DNA from: Torpedo marmorata
Lineage: Eukaryota
Assembly: GCA_977017645.1 (NCBI GenBank)
Contig: OZ360236.1
Coordinates: 20,460,001 to 20,524,000, forward strand
Length of the DNA: 64,000 nucleotides
Direction of reading: 5' to 3'
Positions within the stretch are counted from its first letter, which is position 1. Each line of letters starts with the position of its first letter. Below, piece by piece: positions 39,461 to 52,216 of the stretch. The translations under genes and the position numbers were made by a program. Under the pieces are notes generated by a model, which saw only the letters and a list, made by a program, of their open reading frames with translations, did no database searches and was not told where the DNA came from.

Positions 39461-39619
39461 CAGTGGTTCTCAACCTTTTTTTCCCCCCACTCACATACCA
39501 CCATAAGTAATCCCTTACTATCCACAGAGCGCCTGTGGCATCCTGTGCCATAGGTACTGTGGTTAGTAAGGGATTACTTAAGGTGGTATGTGAGTGGGGG
39601 AAAAGGTTGAGAACCACTG
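39461..39619. mobile_element. Palindromic hAT MITE
   Basis: Same family as 30724-30886; TSD not clear. Confidence 0.85.
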
Positions 39620-39981
39620 GAAGGGTAAACAGAATTGAAACAACCCTGTTGTTTCAGAGACCGTTTGGGGTGCAGGTTACCCGGCTGCTGCAAGTGTGTA
39701 GGACCTTTTACTTCGACCAACCTGCACGAAAGCACTAGTTTCCTTCTCGCAGCCTACCTGCAGCAGAGCTCACTTGTTTAATCCCCAGCCCAACGTGGAT
39801 ATTGGCACTGCTGTTGTTTGTTTTTTTCAGATAAAACTATTAAACACCGTTCTGATGCAGTAACATCTGAACTTTTAGTAAACACAAGAAACAGCAGTTT
39901 ACAAACGCTCTGCCAATGTAGTCTGATTCAGAGGGAAACATCCCAGGCAGAAGTAGCAAGCGCGGGGCTACAGCACATTAC

Positions 39982-40242
39982 CTGAATGGTTTGGCTAGGG
40001 TCTCCGGACACCGGCCCGCCGACCAGCTTGCAGTACAGATCCTCAATCGGCCGCCCACTTCCATCCACTCCGCAAGTGGCCGTGGCTGTGATCAGGGTAC
40101 CCTCGGCCAGATTGAAGTACGGCGGGTGCAAACTGAAGCCATTGACTCCGTGGGCAGAGGTGAGAACCCCCTGCGCCGCAGCCAACCTCAGGGCGCAGCA
40201 GAGTTGGAGGAGCAGAGCGCTGACTCCCATGCCCCTCGCCAT
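39982..40242 (-). CDS. LAMA5: Laminin subunit alpha-5, coding exon 1 (signal peptide and start of LN domain)
   Basis: ACCATGG Kozak; [24 protein letters not shown] signal peptide; [14 protein letters not shown]...[12 protein letters not shown]...QTIQ; GTAATG donor; 261 nt, phase 0. Confidence 0.95.
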
Positions 40243-40400
40243 GGTCCGCCCCGAGCGCGCTCACTCAGCCCTGACCGCTCTCATCGCCCTTGCTGGAGGC
40301 AGTGAGTGAGTGAGCCGCGCTCGCAGCCCAGCGGCTCCGCTAGGGCAGGGCCACCTAATCAATTGATGATGCATCAATCACCCACCCTCCCCCTTGCTAC
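40243..40400 (-). promoter_or_regulatory. Probable LAMA5 5' UTR and proximal promoter
   Basis: CpG-rich non-repetitive sequence directly upstream of the ATG; TSS not determinable from sequence. Confidence 0.5.
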
Positions 40401-40575
40401 AGTCACTCACAATGAAGGTTTATACCTTGCCTCTTGGAGAGTGTAGCACGCTCTCCCACTGCTTTCTCTCTCACACATTGCTCATTATCCCCCCCCAGTT
40501 CACTTGGCAAAAAAAAAATTCCCCAACTTAGAGAAACACAGAGACGCACAGCACAGAAACAGGCTCTTCGGACCA

Positions 40576-41747
40576 TCAGATTTCAGATTTATTGTCAAAG
40601 TACATACATGACATCACATACAACCCTGAGATTCTTTTCCTGCGGGTGCGGCAGAATTACCACTAATTGGTAATGCAAAAAAAAACTGTATACATGTAAA
40701 CAAATAAAGAACTGTAAACAGATAACAAATGTAAACAAACTGACTGTGCAATACAGAGAGAATAAAAAAAGAAATCATTAAAGTGCACAAGTAAGAGTCC
40801 TTAAATGAGTCTCTGATTGAGTCTGATGGTGGAGGGGTAGTAGCTGTTCCTGAACCTGGTGGTGCGAGTCTTGTGGCACCTATACCTCTTTCCTGATGGC
40901 AGCAGCGAGAACAGAGCATGTGCTGGGTGGTGTGGGTCTTTGATGATTGCTGCTGCCCTCCGACGGCAGCGTTCCCTGTAGATGTACTCAATAGTGGGGA
41001 GGGTTTTGCCTGTGATGTCCTGGGCTGTGTCCACTACCTTTTGGAGGGCTTTATGCTCAGGGGTATTGGTGTTCCCATACCAGACCGTGATGCAGCCAGT
41101 CAGCACACTTTCCACCACACATCTGTAGAAATTTGCCAGGGTTTCTGGTGTCATACCAAACCTCTGCAAACTCCTGAGGAAGTAGAGGCGCTGACGTGCT
41201 TTATTCACGATGCCATTGGTGTATTGGGTCCAGGAAAGATCCTCCGAGATAGTGACTCCCAAGAACCTAAATTTGCTCACCCTCTCCACCTCTGATCCCC
41301 CAATGATCACTGGATTGTGTACCTCTGGCTTTCCTTTCCTGAAGTCAACAATCAGCTCCTTAGTTTTGGTGACATTGAGTGCAAGGTTGTTGTTGGTGCA
41401 CCATTCAGCCAAGTTTTCAATCTCCATCCTGTATGCTGACTCATCCCCTTCCTTTATACAACCCACTACCATGGTATCGTCGGCAAACTTTTAGATGGTG
41501 TTATTGTCGTATTGAGCCACACAGTCGTAGGTGTAAAGTGAGTAGAGCAGGGGGCTAAGAACACAGACCTGTGGTGCTCCGGTACTGATGGAGATTGTGG
41601 AAGAGATGTTCTTACCAATCTTCACTGATTGTGGTCTGGAGGTGAGGAAATCCATGGCCCAATTATACAGTGGGGTGTTAACTCCCAGGTCTTGGAGTTT
41701 GCTGGTCAGTTTTGAGGGGATGATGGTGTTAAATGCCGAATTGTAGT
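40576..41747 (-). mobile_element. Rex1/Babar-type LINE, 5' truncated
   Basis: [49 protein letters not shown]; (AAATCTG)n tail. Confidence 0.88.
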
Positions 41748-41844
41748 CATGTAGACCATCATGTCCATTCCCAATTTTTTTTACCATCGACACTGATCCC
41801 ATTTGCCTGCATTGGTCCATATCCTCTGCCTATTCAAGTGCCCG

Positions 41845-42046
41845 TGAGAGTGTGGAACGAGCTACCAGCTGAAGTGGTAAATGCGGGCTCAATCTTAACA
41901 TTTAAGAAAAATTTGGACAGGGTTCATAGATGGGAGGGGTATGGAGGGATATATGGACTGGGTGCAGGTCAGTGGGACTAGGCAGAGTGATAGTTCAGAA
42001 GGGTCGAAGGGTCTGTTTTCTGTGCTGTGATGTTCTACGGTTCTAG
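41845..42046 (+). mobile_element. CR1 3' fragment
   Basis: RVWNELPAEVVNAGSILTFKKNLD followed by CR1 tail. Confidence 0.7.
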
Positions 42047-42466
42047 GTCTAACTGTTTCTTAAACATCGCGATTGTATCTGATTCCACCACCTCCTCTGA
42101 CTGGGAGCTTCAGGTATCACCACTCTGGAGTAAACATCTTTCCCTCGAATCCCCTTACCTTCCTCTCACCTCTGCTCTCTTGTTTTTGGAGTTAAACAAG
42201 AAAGTCTGCAGATGCTGAGATCAAGTGCAATACTCAGCAGGTCACGCAGCATCTATAGGAAGTAAAGGGTGACCAACGTTTCTGTCCTGGGCCCAAGCCC
42301 AAAATGGTGGTTACCCTTTACTTCCTATGGATGCTGTGTGACCTGCTGAGTTTCTCCAGCATATTCATGCATTGCACTCTTGTTTTTGGTACCCCAGCAT
42401 GGGGAAAACTTTCAGGGAACTCAACTCCCCGTAGGTGAAAAACAAAATATTTATACCTGCTTTATA

Positions 42467-42684
42467 CAATAAAACCCCTGTTATCTGAAATTCAGGCAAT
42501 CGGCAGCCTCAAGCGACCGGCAAAAAAATTGTGGAAAATAAATAGGTAAAAAATACTGGTTTAAAATTGGCGCGCCTCACCGTTAATTCACCAATCACGC
42601 AACATGCAGTCTCAAGCAACCGGAATATTCATTTATCTGGCAGCTACCGATCCCCGTACGTGCCGGATACCAGGGGTTTTACTG
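42467..42684. mobile_element. pogo/Tigger-type MITE
   Basis: Same family as 17499-17713; TA flanks. Confidence 0.85.
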
Positions 42685-43129
42685 TACATCTTTACGTGCC
42701 ACTTTATAACTAAGGGAAACACAGGACATAAAATGTTAAAGGCAACAGGTGTGAACAGATGAACGACGTATGGAGCAGTGGTAAAGAAGGATCTGAACCA
42801 AATTATAATTTTTTTTTATATATGATGTATTACCAGCTGGAGAACAGAACATTTGACCAGGAGGTTGGAAAATTAAGAGTATGGAAAAATGCTGACGTTG
42901 ACAATGTTTAAGTGTTGGAAATTGCTGGACTTCCTAAAATTCTGAAAGCATTAAAATTCTTCCTGATAATTTTTCTCTTCCAATGATTAATGCCAAGGTA
43001 ATTGGTTTATAGCACTTATAATTTACAACTGCTCCCTGCCTGCCACTTTCTTCCATCATATCCATTGCTTGTTGAAAACTGGTGCTTCCAGGATTATGAC
43101 CACAAAATGTTATGTAGTTTCAAACAATA

Positions 43130-43680
43130 ACAAAGCAACTATAAAGTACCTTTAATGCACTGAAATGTCCCAAGGCATGTAATCAGATAATAATTGACAC
43201 TGAGCCAAAGGAAGGTTGGTTTAAGAGGCAGGCTTTAAGGAATTACATACTTAAAGAGGGAGAGGTTTAGGGAAGGGATTCCAGAGCTTAGGGCCGCGAC
43301 AGCTGAAGGCATGAACATCAAATGTACTGGTGATGCTCAAGGATTGGAGACAGAGGAATGCAAGGTGCCCAGAGGGTTGTATTGCTAGAGGAGGTTACAA
43401 AGGTAAGCAGGAGGGAAGCCATGGAGGGAACTGAGGAAATACTGTTGGCATAATTGTAGCATCGTGGGCTTGAGAGCCAGAGTAAGTCAATGAGGAAGCA
43501 TTGAAGAGGGCAGGGGATTGGATGTGTGTTAGAATATGAGAAGTAGAGGTTTTGGTCACTCTTCATGAGCAAGAGGTGGAAAAGGGTATCAGAAGCATGG
43601 ATGAAGGTTTCAGTAGCCAATTGGCTGAGGAAGAGGTGAAGAGGGATAATATTGGACTCGATCGAGACAGTTCCCAAGAT
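43130..43680 (-). mobile_element. L2-type LINE 3' remnant
   Basis: Degenerate LSQLATETFIHA...LIDLLWL and an L2-like tail. Confidence 0.5.
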
Positions 43681-43727
43681 TGTTATCCACTCAGGTTTCA
43701 GAACATTTCAGAGTTCTGTAAGTGTTA

Positions 43728-43980
43728 GGGTGGCACGGTTGGCGTAGCGGTTAGTGCAACGTCTTTACAGCGCCAGCGATCGGGACCAGAGTTTGAACCC
43801 CACGCTGTCTGTAGGGAGTTTGTACGTTCTCCCCGTGCCTGCGTGGGTTTTCCCTGGGGGCTCCAGTTTCCTCCCACCGTTTGAAATGTACCGGGGGTGT
43901 AGGTTAATTGGGTGTAAATTGGGCGGCATGGACTCGTGGGCCAAAATGGCCTGTTACCATGCTGTATGTCTAAATTTAAA
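43728..43980 (+). mobile_element. V-SINE (HE1-like)
   Basis: Complete copy with head, V core and tail. Confidence 0.88.
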
Positions 43981-44296
43981 GTATATTAAAATTTAAAGTA
44001 TTTAAAGCTAGAGACAAGTTGGAGGTCCTCAGCATCCAAAGAACTGCTCCCCAGGTCACAATGTATCTATCCAGAGCCATCATCTTCACTGTATGCCAAT
44101 GTAAAGGGAAATGCAGGAAGTAGCACTAAAGCACAGAATTATATCGCATCGAAACAGACCCTTCAGCCCATCGTCCATGCTGACCATTTACACTAATGAG
44201 ATGCCAATCTCATTTTATTCTCCCCTCATTCCCATCTACATTAACCTACAGGATTAATAGAAAAATGTCCAGGCTATGTTACTTTCATTCCAAATA

Positions 44297-44846
44297 AAAA
44301 TGGCAGCGCCGCCGGAGCTGCTGTAATGGGAGGCCATCCCCCGTTTGAGAAGGAGAAGCAGAGGAGACGACCCTATCGGACGGTGACCATGGCGGCGGAC
44401 CAGTGAGGGGCTCTGTGGCTGAAGAACACACAGGTGGCAGGCTGTTGGTGACTCGAGGCTAAGAACCCACGTAGGCTGTGGGCTGCTGGAGACTGGCTCG
44501 AGACTGGCTGAAGGGGTACTAGGTATCGGAACCAGGATGCGAGAGGGTGCCGAGGGCGCTGAAGGCTTCCTGATCGTGTCGGAGGTTTGTATCTGAAGCT
44601 CGGGATGCCGATGGTTTGGAATGAAGTCTGTGAGGCTGCAGAGGCTGCGGAAGCGCTGGAGCGAATCCACGGACACTCGGTGACTCTGAAGGAACTCTCT
44701 TTTGCTTCTCTTTCTCTAACTGTCAGTGGCGCCGGGTAATTTCTGCTGATGGCGAATCTTTGTCTGCCTTATGGCAGACTAAAGGCAATTTTGTGTAATA
44801 TTACATCTGTTTTATTCCATGACAATAAAATAATTTTGAATCTTGA
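44297..44846 (+). mobile_element. Non-coding GC-rich repeat with Rex1-type tail
   Basis: Starts AAAATGGCAGCGCC, ends ATGACAATAAAATAATTTTGAATCTTGA. Confidence 0.8.
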
Positions 44847-45469
44847 AAACTAAGGTCAACAACTCCACTAGTCTGGTTGCAGTGGACTGATGATGTCTGT
44901 ATTTTACCACATCTGGAGGTTAGGTTCCCAGTTGACTTTAACTAGTTTAGTGAAGCATACGCGAGGATAGGACTTACACTTGACATCCTCAAGACAAAGA
45001 TCCTCTACCAAACTCTCCCTGAGTGTACAACGTAGCCATCTGACAAAAGTTTACGGTGAAACTCTGGAAACATGGACCAGTTCCCAGCTCAGTGGAGGCA
45101 GATATCAATGATGAAATACACCATTACCTTCAGAGATCAGCACAGACATTGGCTGACTGGGGAAAAGACCTCATGTCGAGAAATGGTCACCGTGTTACTT
45201 GGCATCCCAACCCTCCAAAAATGTTTCGGCGACATGGAGAATCTACAACAGGTCTCTCAAGACAGCTATGAAAATCCTTCCAATTCACCTCTCTCAGGCC
45301 ACCATTTCCCATCAAAGAGGCCTTAGTTAGACTCAGTCAGCTCCATAGGGCAGTTCTTGTCACTTGCGTGCCTGACACCAGATTCCCAGAGCAGATCCTT
45401 TATTCTGAGCTCTATCCTGGGAAGAGATTCTAGCAAATACTCAAGGCTTCTTTAAAAAATGCAGGATTC

Positions 45470-45848
45470 AAGAGGGTGCTGAGGGCAAGAAGGCGCTGAA
45501 GGCCTCCTCATCGTATCACAGGTTTGGACCTGGAGCTCGGGTTGCCGATGGTTTGAACAGGAGTCCTCATCGTATCACAGGTTTGGACCTGGAGCTCGGG
45601 TTGCCGATGGTTTGAACAGGAGTCTGTGCGGCTCAGAGGCTTTGGTAGCACTGGAGGCGAATCCATGGACACTCAGTGACTCTGAAGGGACTCTCTTATG
45701 CTTCTCTTTCTCCTATTGTTGGGGAACTGGGCATTGCTTGTGGCAACTCTTTGTTTGCCTTATGGGATACAAAAGTTGAAGTATATCATGAATATTAGAT
45801 TTTTAATATATTATTATGCGACAATAAAAGGAACCTTTGAACCTTTGA
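45470..45848 (+). mobile_element. Non-coding GC-rich repeat, 5' truncated, with an internal 59-bp duplication
   Basis: Homologous to ~44540-44846; tail AATAAAAGGAACCTTTGAACCTTTG; inserted in an RTE remnant (~44980-46330). Confidence 0.75.
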
Positions 45849-45916
45849 AAAATGCAGCATTTGCCCTGACTCCTGAGAATCCCTGGCCTATGACTGCTCA
45901 AAGTAGAGAAAGATTA

Positions 45917-46136
45917 CAGTAAAACCCCCGTTATCTGGAATTTAAGCAACCGGCAGCCTCAAGCAGCTGGCAAAAAAATTATGGAAAATAAATAGGTAAA
46001 AAATATGGAAGTTTAAATTTGGCATGCCTCACAGTTAGGTCACCAATCAGCAACAGGCAATCTCAAGCAACCAGAAACTTCACTTATCCGGCATCTACCA
46101 ATCCCCACAGGTGCCGGATACCAGGGGTATTTACTG
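45917..46136. mobile_element. pogo/Tigger-type MITE
   Basis: Same family as 17499-17713. Confidence 0.85.
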
Positions 46137-46440
46137 TATTTGGGATTTTATTGAGAACATTGATAGCATGCGTTGGGTGCTCGTAGAAGCTCATCGTAAA
46201 TGGCCAAATGAGGGCACCGCCTCATACTATCCATTCACCAGCCTATCAGGCACCTCATTGGCCTCATCAATCTCCTCAGAATCCATAGAAACAAGGTGGA
46301 AGTGAGTCAAGCAGGATCCCGAGCAATATATTAACAAGAAGACTGACATGCTGGAAAGTATCTGGCCAGTCAACCTTACTCCATGATTGGCTGGAATGGA
46401 TATGCAAACTCTTATTTGTAAAAGTTCAGGGTAGGCAAGT

Positions 46441-47020
46441 GTGTGTGGCTCCGTCGGTCATGGTTGACCTTGGGTACTGCGCCTCTGGTAGTCTCTTCAG
46501 GGTGCAAGCCAGGGCAGAGTTGATGTGGAGATCCGTCTGTTGCCCATGCAGTGGGACCCCCCCTCTCCATGCTAATGACAGGTCCAAAGGAACGACGAAA
46601 GTTGATACAGTTTGGTGCCAGGAGTTGCCGTGCCGGTGCTGGGTACAGCAGTCAACCGCCTTCGGGACTCCGACTCCGGATTTTTCCTCGGGGTTACTCC
46701 CAAAGCCTTTCCCGAGAGCAGGTATAGCCACAAGGCAGCGGAGGTTTGAAATCGGAGTTTTCCCTCTCCTAGATGAGTTACCATCCGTGGTTAACGAGCC
46801 CCATCTACCCGGAGAAACTGGTTTCAAGGCGCCAGTGGCCCGTCTTTGCCCCTTCTCCTGTCAGTGAGAACAGCTCCACCGGGCATAAGAACTATGCCAC
46901 ACGTGAAGGCCAGGAGTTGGACTTGGTTGTCAGAGGCTGTTTGAGACGCACGCCATGAAGAGCATTTGTGTGGCAGTGGGAGCTTGTCCCCACTACCACC
47001 CTTCGGCTAGGACAACCTTT
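46441..47020 (-). mobile_element. Short non-autonomous RTE-type retroelement
   Basis: Perfect 13-bp TSD AGGGTAGGCAAGT (46428-46440, 47021-47033); GGAGAGGGAAAACTCCGATTTCAAACC motif typical of RTE 5' regions; (CA)n end. Confidence 0.7.
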
Positions 47021-48830
47021 AGGGTAGGCAAGTATTTAGAGTCAATTTACACCATTTTTTTTCTTTTAACATTTTAATTATTTCTGGGAATTTATGCTTC
47101 TAATTAAGTGTATTTTTAAAGTTTTTAAGACACATTTTTATAATAATTTGCTATGCTTTAGAATGGTTGATATACTGTATCATTAGCAGCACAAATATAA
47201 AGTGGAAACTGAAACAGAAATAGAAACTGAGTGAATCAATTTAAATGTCTCTATCAAGGATATTTGGAAACAGTTCAAAAGCTGTTTGACAATGGGAAGC
47301 TGTCAAACACTGTCAAGGAGAACAGACGACAGGGCCTCAGAATACGCCTCCTGAGGCTTTCTTACTGCTGGGGACTTCCCCGGCGCATGGATCAGGTATG
47401 GGGGAATCAGCTGGCCCCGATTTTCCCATCCCAAAAATATCCAGGTGGTTGGGCAAATCTGACAGAAAGTCTGGATAGTGGGCTGGATCCATCATAATCT
47501 GACTCATTAATGAAGTTGTATTGGATGGACTTTGTGGTGGAACAGTGTTAACTAGGACTAGATTGCACATGCGTGAAAGGTGACAGATTAAGTATCAACA
47601 ATTTTCCATTTCTCTTCATGCTCACTCACAGCTTTTCTTTCTGTTTCCTTTGCTTGTACTACTTTATATGTGTACTGCTCATGGTTGGGTAACATCACTG
47701 CAGTGCCACTACTTTGAACAACACAAATGTTGTGAACATCAACATTTCTAATGTTGAATGAAAATTGGAAATAAAGCCCTTGGTCTATAAGTACACCAAC
47801 CATACTAAAACATAGTGAATTATTATAAACACTTGTCAAAGTAACACTACTTCACTGCTTCTGCAGGGACCCAATATCACTAATAACTAAGTAGTTTAAT
47901 GGCTCTCATGGTTGCTTTGTAAAGCAGCTTCTGTTTCTTGTTCCCATTTTTCATCCTATGTACGGCTAGAGATGAAATTTTAAGAATTAAAATTCCTTGC
48001 CATTTGTTTAACTGGAAAACTGCAATGGCTCCAATGATAACAGATCATGGATTCATTCTGTGCTGTACCATTGTATGATCTTATCGTTCTCAAATTCCCC
48101 TTCACTTTGTTATTTGTAGATGATGTGGTTGGTCCTCTTATGGAAGTGGTTCCCAACCGGTGGGCCATGGCTAAAATGTATGTACATGTGGGTCACGGAG
48201 ACTTCCCATCCCACTGAGTTCAGGGTGGGTCTGAGGTAATGTCTCGGTCCTCCCGGGTGACCTTGGGTGGGGTGGTGAGCAATCTGCCACTGTGGTCAGT
48301 GAGGTCATCTGGCCGTCTCTGAACATAAGTGGCTTGGCGCTCAATACTTAGTCACAGTTCCTATCAGACCTCCACACAAGACAGATTCAGACTGATTCAG
48401 AAGTGTGTGTTTTCTGTCTTCTTACTGCTTGTTGTTCTTCACTTCAGTCAAGACTCAAGAGGCTCCTGTTTATAAGGTAAGACACATGATATATTTCTCC
48501 TCTAAAATTGAATATAAATTACTTTTGCAAAAATTTTCATTGAAGATTTACCCTGGACGAGATTGCGTGTCTGTAGGATATGTTACAAGTTTACTTGGCT
48601 ATTGCAAGCAAATGAATAACCTTTAATGTTCAAGGAAACATCCCGACACTATAGAAATAAATTAAACATAAACTAACAGACCTTGTATTTATATATGGTA
48701 ATTATTTGGAAGATGAACCCTTCATAAATTGCAATTAATTTTGTTTTTTATTTTTACAGTCTCTTCGAAAAAGACAAGGGTATGATGAACAATACATGAA
48801 GTGTTTGAACTACGAGAAGAGTTGCAGTTG

Positions 48831-50127
48831 ATGACTTCCGCCCTGTCGCACTCACATCTACTGTCATGAAGTGTTTCGAGAGACTCGTCATGAGGCACAT
48901 CAAGCTTCAGCTGCCCCCCTCACTGGACCCCCTGCAGTTCGCATATAGATCAAATCACTCCACGGATGATGCCATCATTACCACCCTCCACTTAGCCCTC
49001 ACCACCTGGAAAATAAGGACGCGTATGTTCGAATGCTGTTTATTGACTTCAGCTCGGCATTCAACACGATCATACCTCAGTACCTGATAGGGAAGTTGAG
49101 CGGGCTGGGCTTAAACTACACCCTCTGTAATTGGATCCCAGACTTCCTGACGGGAAGACCTCAGGCAGTCCAAATTGGAAACAGCACTTCTAAGGTCATT
49201 ACATTGAGCACGGGGGCTCCCCAGGGCTGTGTGCTTAGTCCACTGCTGTTCACCCTGCTGACTCATGACTGTGCAGCAAAACACAGCTCGAATCACATCA
49301 TAAAGTTCGCTGATGATACGACCGTGGTGGGCCTTATCAGTAAGAACGATGAGTCAGCATACAGAGATGAGGTGCAGTCGCTAATGGAATGGTGCGGAAA
49401 CAACAACCTGCATCTGAATGTAAACAAAACAAAAGAGTTGGTTGTCGACTTCAGAAGGGCCCGGGGGGATCATTCTCCATTGACCATGGACGGCTCTACC
49501 ATTGAGGTCGTAAAGAGTACCAAGTTTCTTGGAGTACACTTGGCGGAGAGTCTCAGCTGGTCCCAAAACACCAGTTCCATAGTCAAGAAAGCCCAGCAGC
49601 GTCTTTACTTCCTGCGAAGGCTGAGGAAAGTTCATCTCCCACCCCCTATCCTTACTACATTCTACAGGGGATGTATTGAGAGTATTCTGAGCAATTGCAT
49701 CACCGCTTGGTTTGGAAACTGTACCACCTCGGACCGAAAGACCCTGCAGAGGATAGAGGGATCAGCGGACAAAATTATTGGAGTCTCTCTCCCCATCATG
49801 ACGGACATCTACAACACACGATGCATGAGGAAGGCTAAAAACATTGTGAAGGACTTCTCACACCCCTTTGGTAAACTGTTTTCCCTTTTGCCATCTGGAA
49901 GGAGGTACCGAAGCACTCGGGCTCGTACGTCCAGACTGTGCAACAGTTTTTTTCCCCAAGCCATCAGGCTCTTCAATTCCTAGATATGTATGTGTATTAG
50001 CATGTTATAGTTTTTCTATTGTATTATGATATTTATGTACATCTGCCCATGGTCCTGGAGAAACGCTATCTCGTCTTACTGTGTATATGGTAATGAACAG
50101 CAAATAAAGGTGACTTGACTTGACTTG
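48831..50127 (+). mobile_element. Rex1/Babar-type LINE, 5' truncated
   Basis: ORF 49033-49983 with [21 protein letters not shown] and [10 protein letters not shown]; (ACTTG)n tail; TSD AGTTG. Confidence 0.92.
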
Positions 50128-50612
50128 AGTTGTTCTTGAAGATGCAAAAAAAGTATGAACTGGAAACTTGCTTTGATGAAAAGCTATGAGTATTTCTCCT
50201 TGCCTACCATGCGGATATCTTTGATCATTTGAACAAATTGAATCTCAGGCTGCAAGGCAAGGGCACAACTATCATCCAGATTGTTGATGCTCCCAATGCA
50301 TTTATACAAAAACTTGAAAACTGGAAACACAAGGCTGAGGGAGGGAACTTTGCCGTGTTTGAATCTCTTTCAGCAGTAGCTGTTAATGGAATGGATGCTG
50401 ATGTTGCAAAGGAAGTTCTCTCGCATCTCAGCTGCCTCCGAGAAGAATTCCTGCACTACTTCCCAGAAATCAGCCGAGAAGGACTGGCACTGGTGAGGAA
50501 CCCCTTTCTTGTTAAAGTCAACAAAGTCCCTGATGATCTGCAAGATGAACTCATTGACCTTCAAAATGATTCTGGATGCAGAGCTGTTTTTGAGACTTCG
50601 TCTGTCGCTGAG

Positions 50613-51760
50613 TATAAGAGCCAAAGGCTCGGTTTCTACTTTTATCGCGCCGTTCCGATGGTCCCAGCGGGTGTCGGAGGAATCACGGAGATTAGTAGGC
50701 CGTGCTAGGCCTATTGAGTACTCTGCACATGCGCGGGAGTGCCGACGGGCGCATGCGCGGTGGGGAAGTGGCTGGAGCATGCGCGGTGGAGCATGCGCGA
50801 ATCGGGGAAGAAGTTATTATAAAACATGGCGACTTAGAGGAGGGTGAGTGAGATCGTCATTATTATGGTGACGTCTATCCAACAATAGTCACCTGGAGGC
50901 TAAGTGAGATACTTGTCTTTGACGCGTTTCAATTAATTTACCAACAAAGTCCAATATGTTCAAAAACTTTATTTACACATGTGACTTGCAGCAATCTTCA
51001 ATGACTTTAATATAAACAGTTCTTGAAAACGATGTATGATGAGTTCCTTTAAATGATTCCTTAAACTGTATTTAGATGTTCAAATAAACGATTTTAAACC
51101 ACAAAATAACTAGTTTAAAAGTTCAATGAAACTATCTATGAAACGCTATGAAACGGTCAGTAAAGATATGGCGATCTCACTCACCCTCCTACGTCGCCAT
51201 CTTTTTCCTATTCCCTTTACGATTCGTGCATGCTCACATCGCTCCTATTCCATTGCGCACGCTCCACCGTGCACACTACATCTCCCATACTACACCGCGC
51301 ACAACGACGTCAATTTCAGACTGCACATTCGCCCGTCGGCACTCCAGCGCATGCGCAGAGCACCAAACAGGCCGAGGACAGCCCAAACGTCGCGACTTCT
51401 CCACAACCCGTCGAGGCATCGGAGCACCGCGACCACGGTAAGTTATTGAGCCTACGGCTCTTACAGTCATAGTTTTCATTGACCGTTAGAAAGGAACATT
51501 ATTAAGAATCGTTATTAAAGACGTTATAAAGAATCGTTTTAAAGGAACGTTATTAAGAATCGTTATTAAGCATGGTTATCAAGGATTGTTTATATTTCGT
51601 TAAAGAAAATATTTAAGTTATTGAAGATTGCTACAAGTCATCATGTGTTAATAAACATTTTGAACATATTGGACTTTGTTAGTAAATTAATTGAAACGCG
51701 TCAAGAACAAATGTCTCATCTAGCCTCCAAGTGATTATTTATTGGATTGAAGTCACTACA
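50613..51760 (+). repeat. 5' LTR (538 bp once the insertion is removed)
   Basis: TATAAGAGCC...GTCACTACA; matches 62298-62861 apart from the 50861-51465 insert and a 26-bp indel. Confidence 0.92.
50861..51465 (-). mobile_element. Solo LTR of a related BEL family, inverted
   Basis: Reverse strand starts TGTAAGAGCCGTAGGCTC and shares the TTTGAACATATTGGACTTTGTT..AATTAATTGAAACGCGTCAA block; TSD GTCAT (50856-50860, 51466-51470). Confidence 0.88.
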
Positions 51761-52216
51761 TTTTAGTCAATGAAAAACATTGTTTGGAACAGAAAATTGA
51801 AGGAAAGAAGATAGAATAAGCTCTCTGTGCTTTGGACTGATATTTAAAATAAAATGGTGGCCATCTTGGAGATGCCTCAAGTTAGGGGCAGTTTGTAATC
51901 CACATCCATCTGCCATGAGTAACAGCCAGAGAGGGATTCAGAGCTTCTAATCTTATAGTAAAGTGTCCTATAAATACGTTGGAGAAACCATTTCTTGAAA
52001 ATCAGCGATATTATTGACGGATGCTGCAGTGGAAACTCGTTTGTTAATAGCAACACATTACAGTCATCTGAAGTGGTAGGCATAGTCTGTGGACTCCTTC
52101 TGTGTATCTTTGGCAAGTTTGAACACAGTTTGGATTTGCTGCTGCTCGTCCATTGGGGACTGTTGATTTGGCTAGTGTTGTGTATGCTCGAAGGACGGTG
52201 CAACAAGACGAGTAAA

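Noticed and set aside
39928-39981. Read-through of LAMA5 exon 1 (and of exon 2 to 30986) as a short secreted isoform
   Set aside because: Good GT donors are present, and nothing in the sequence supports intron retention.
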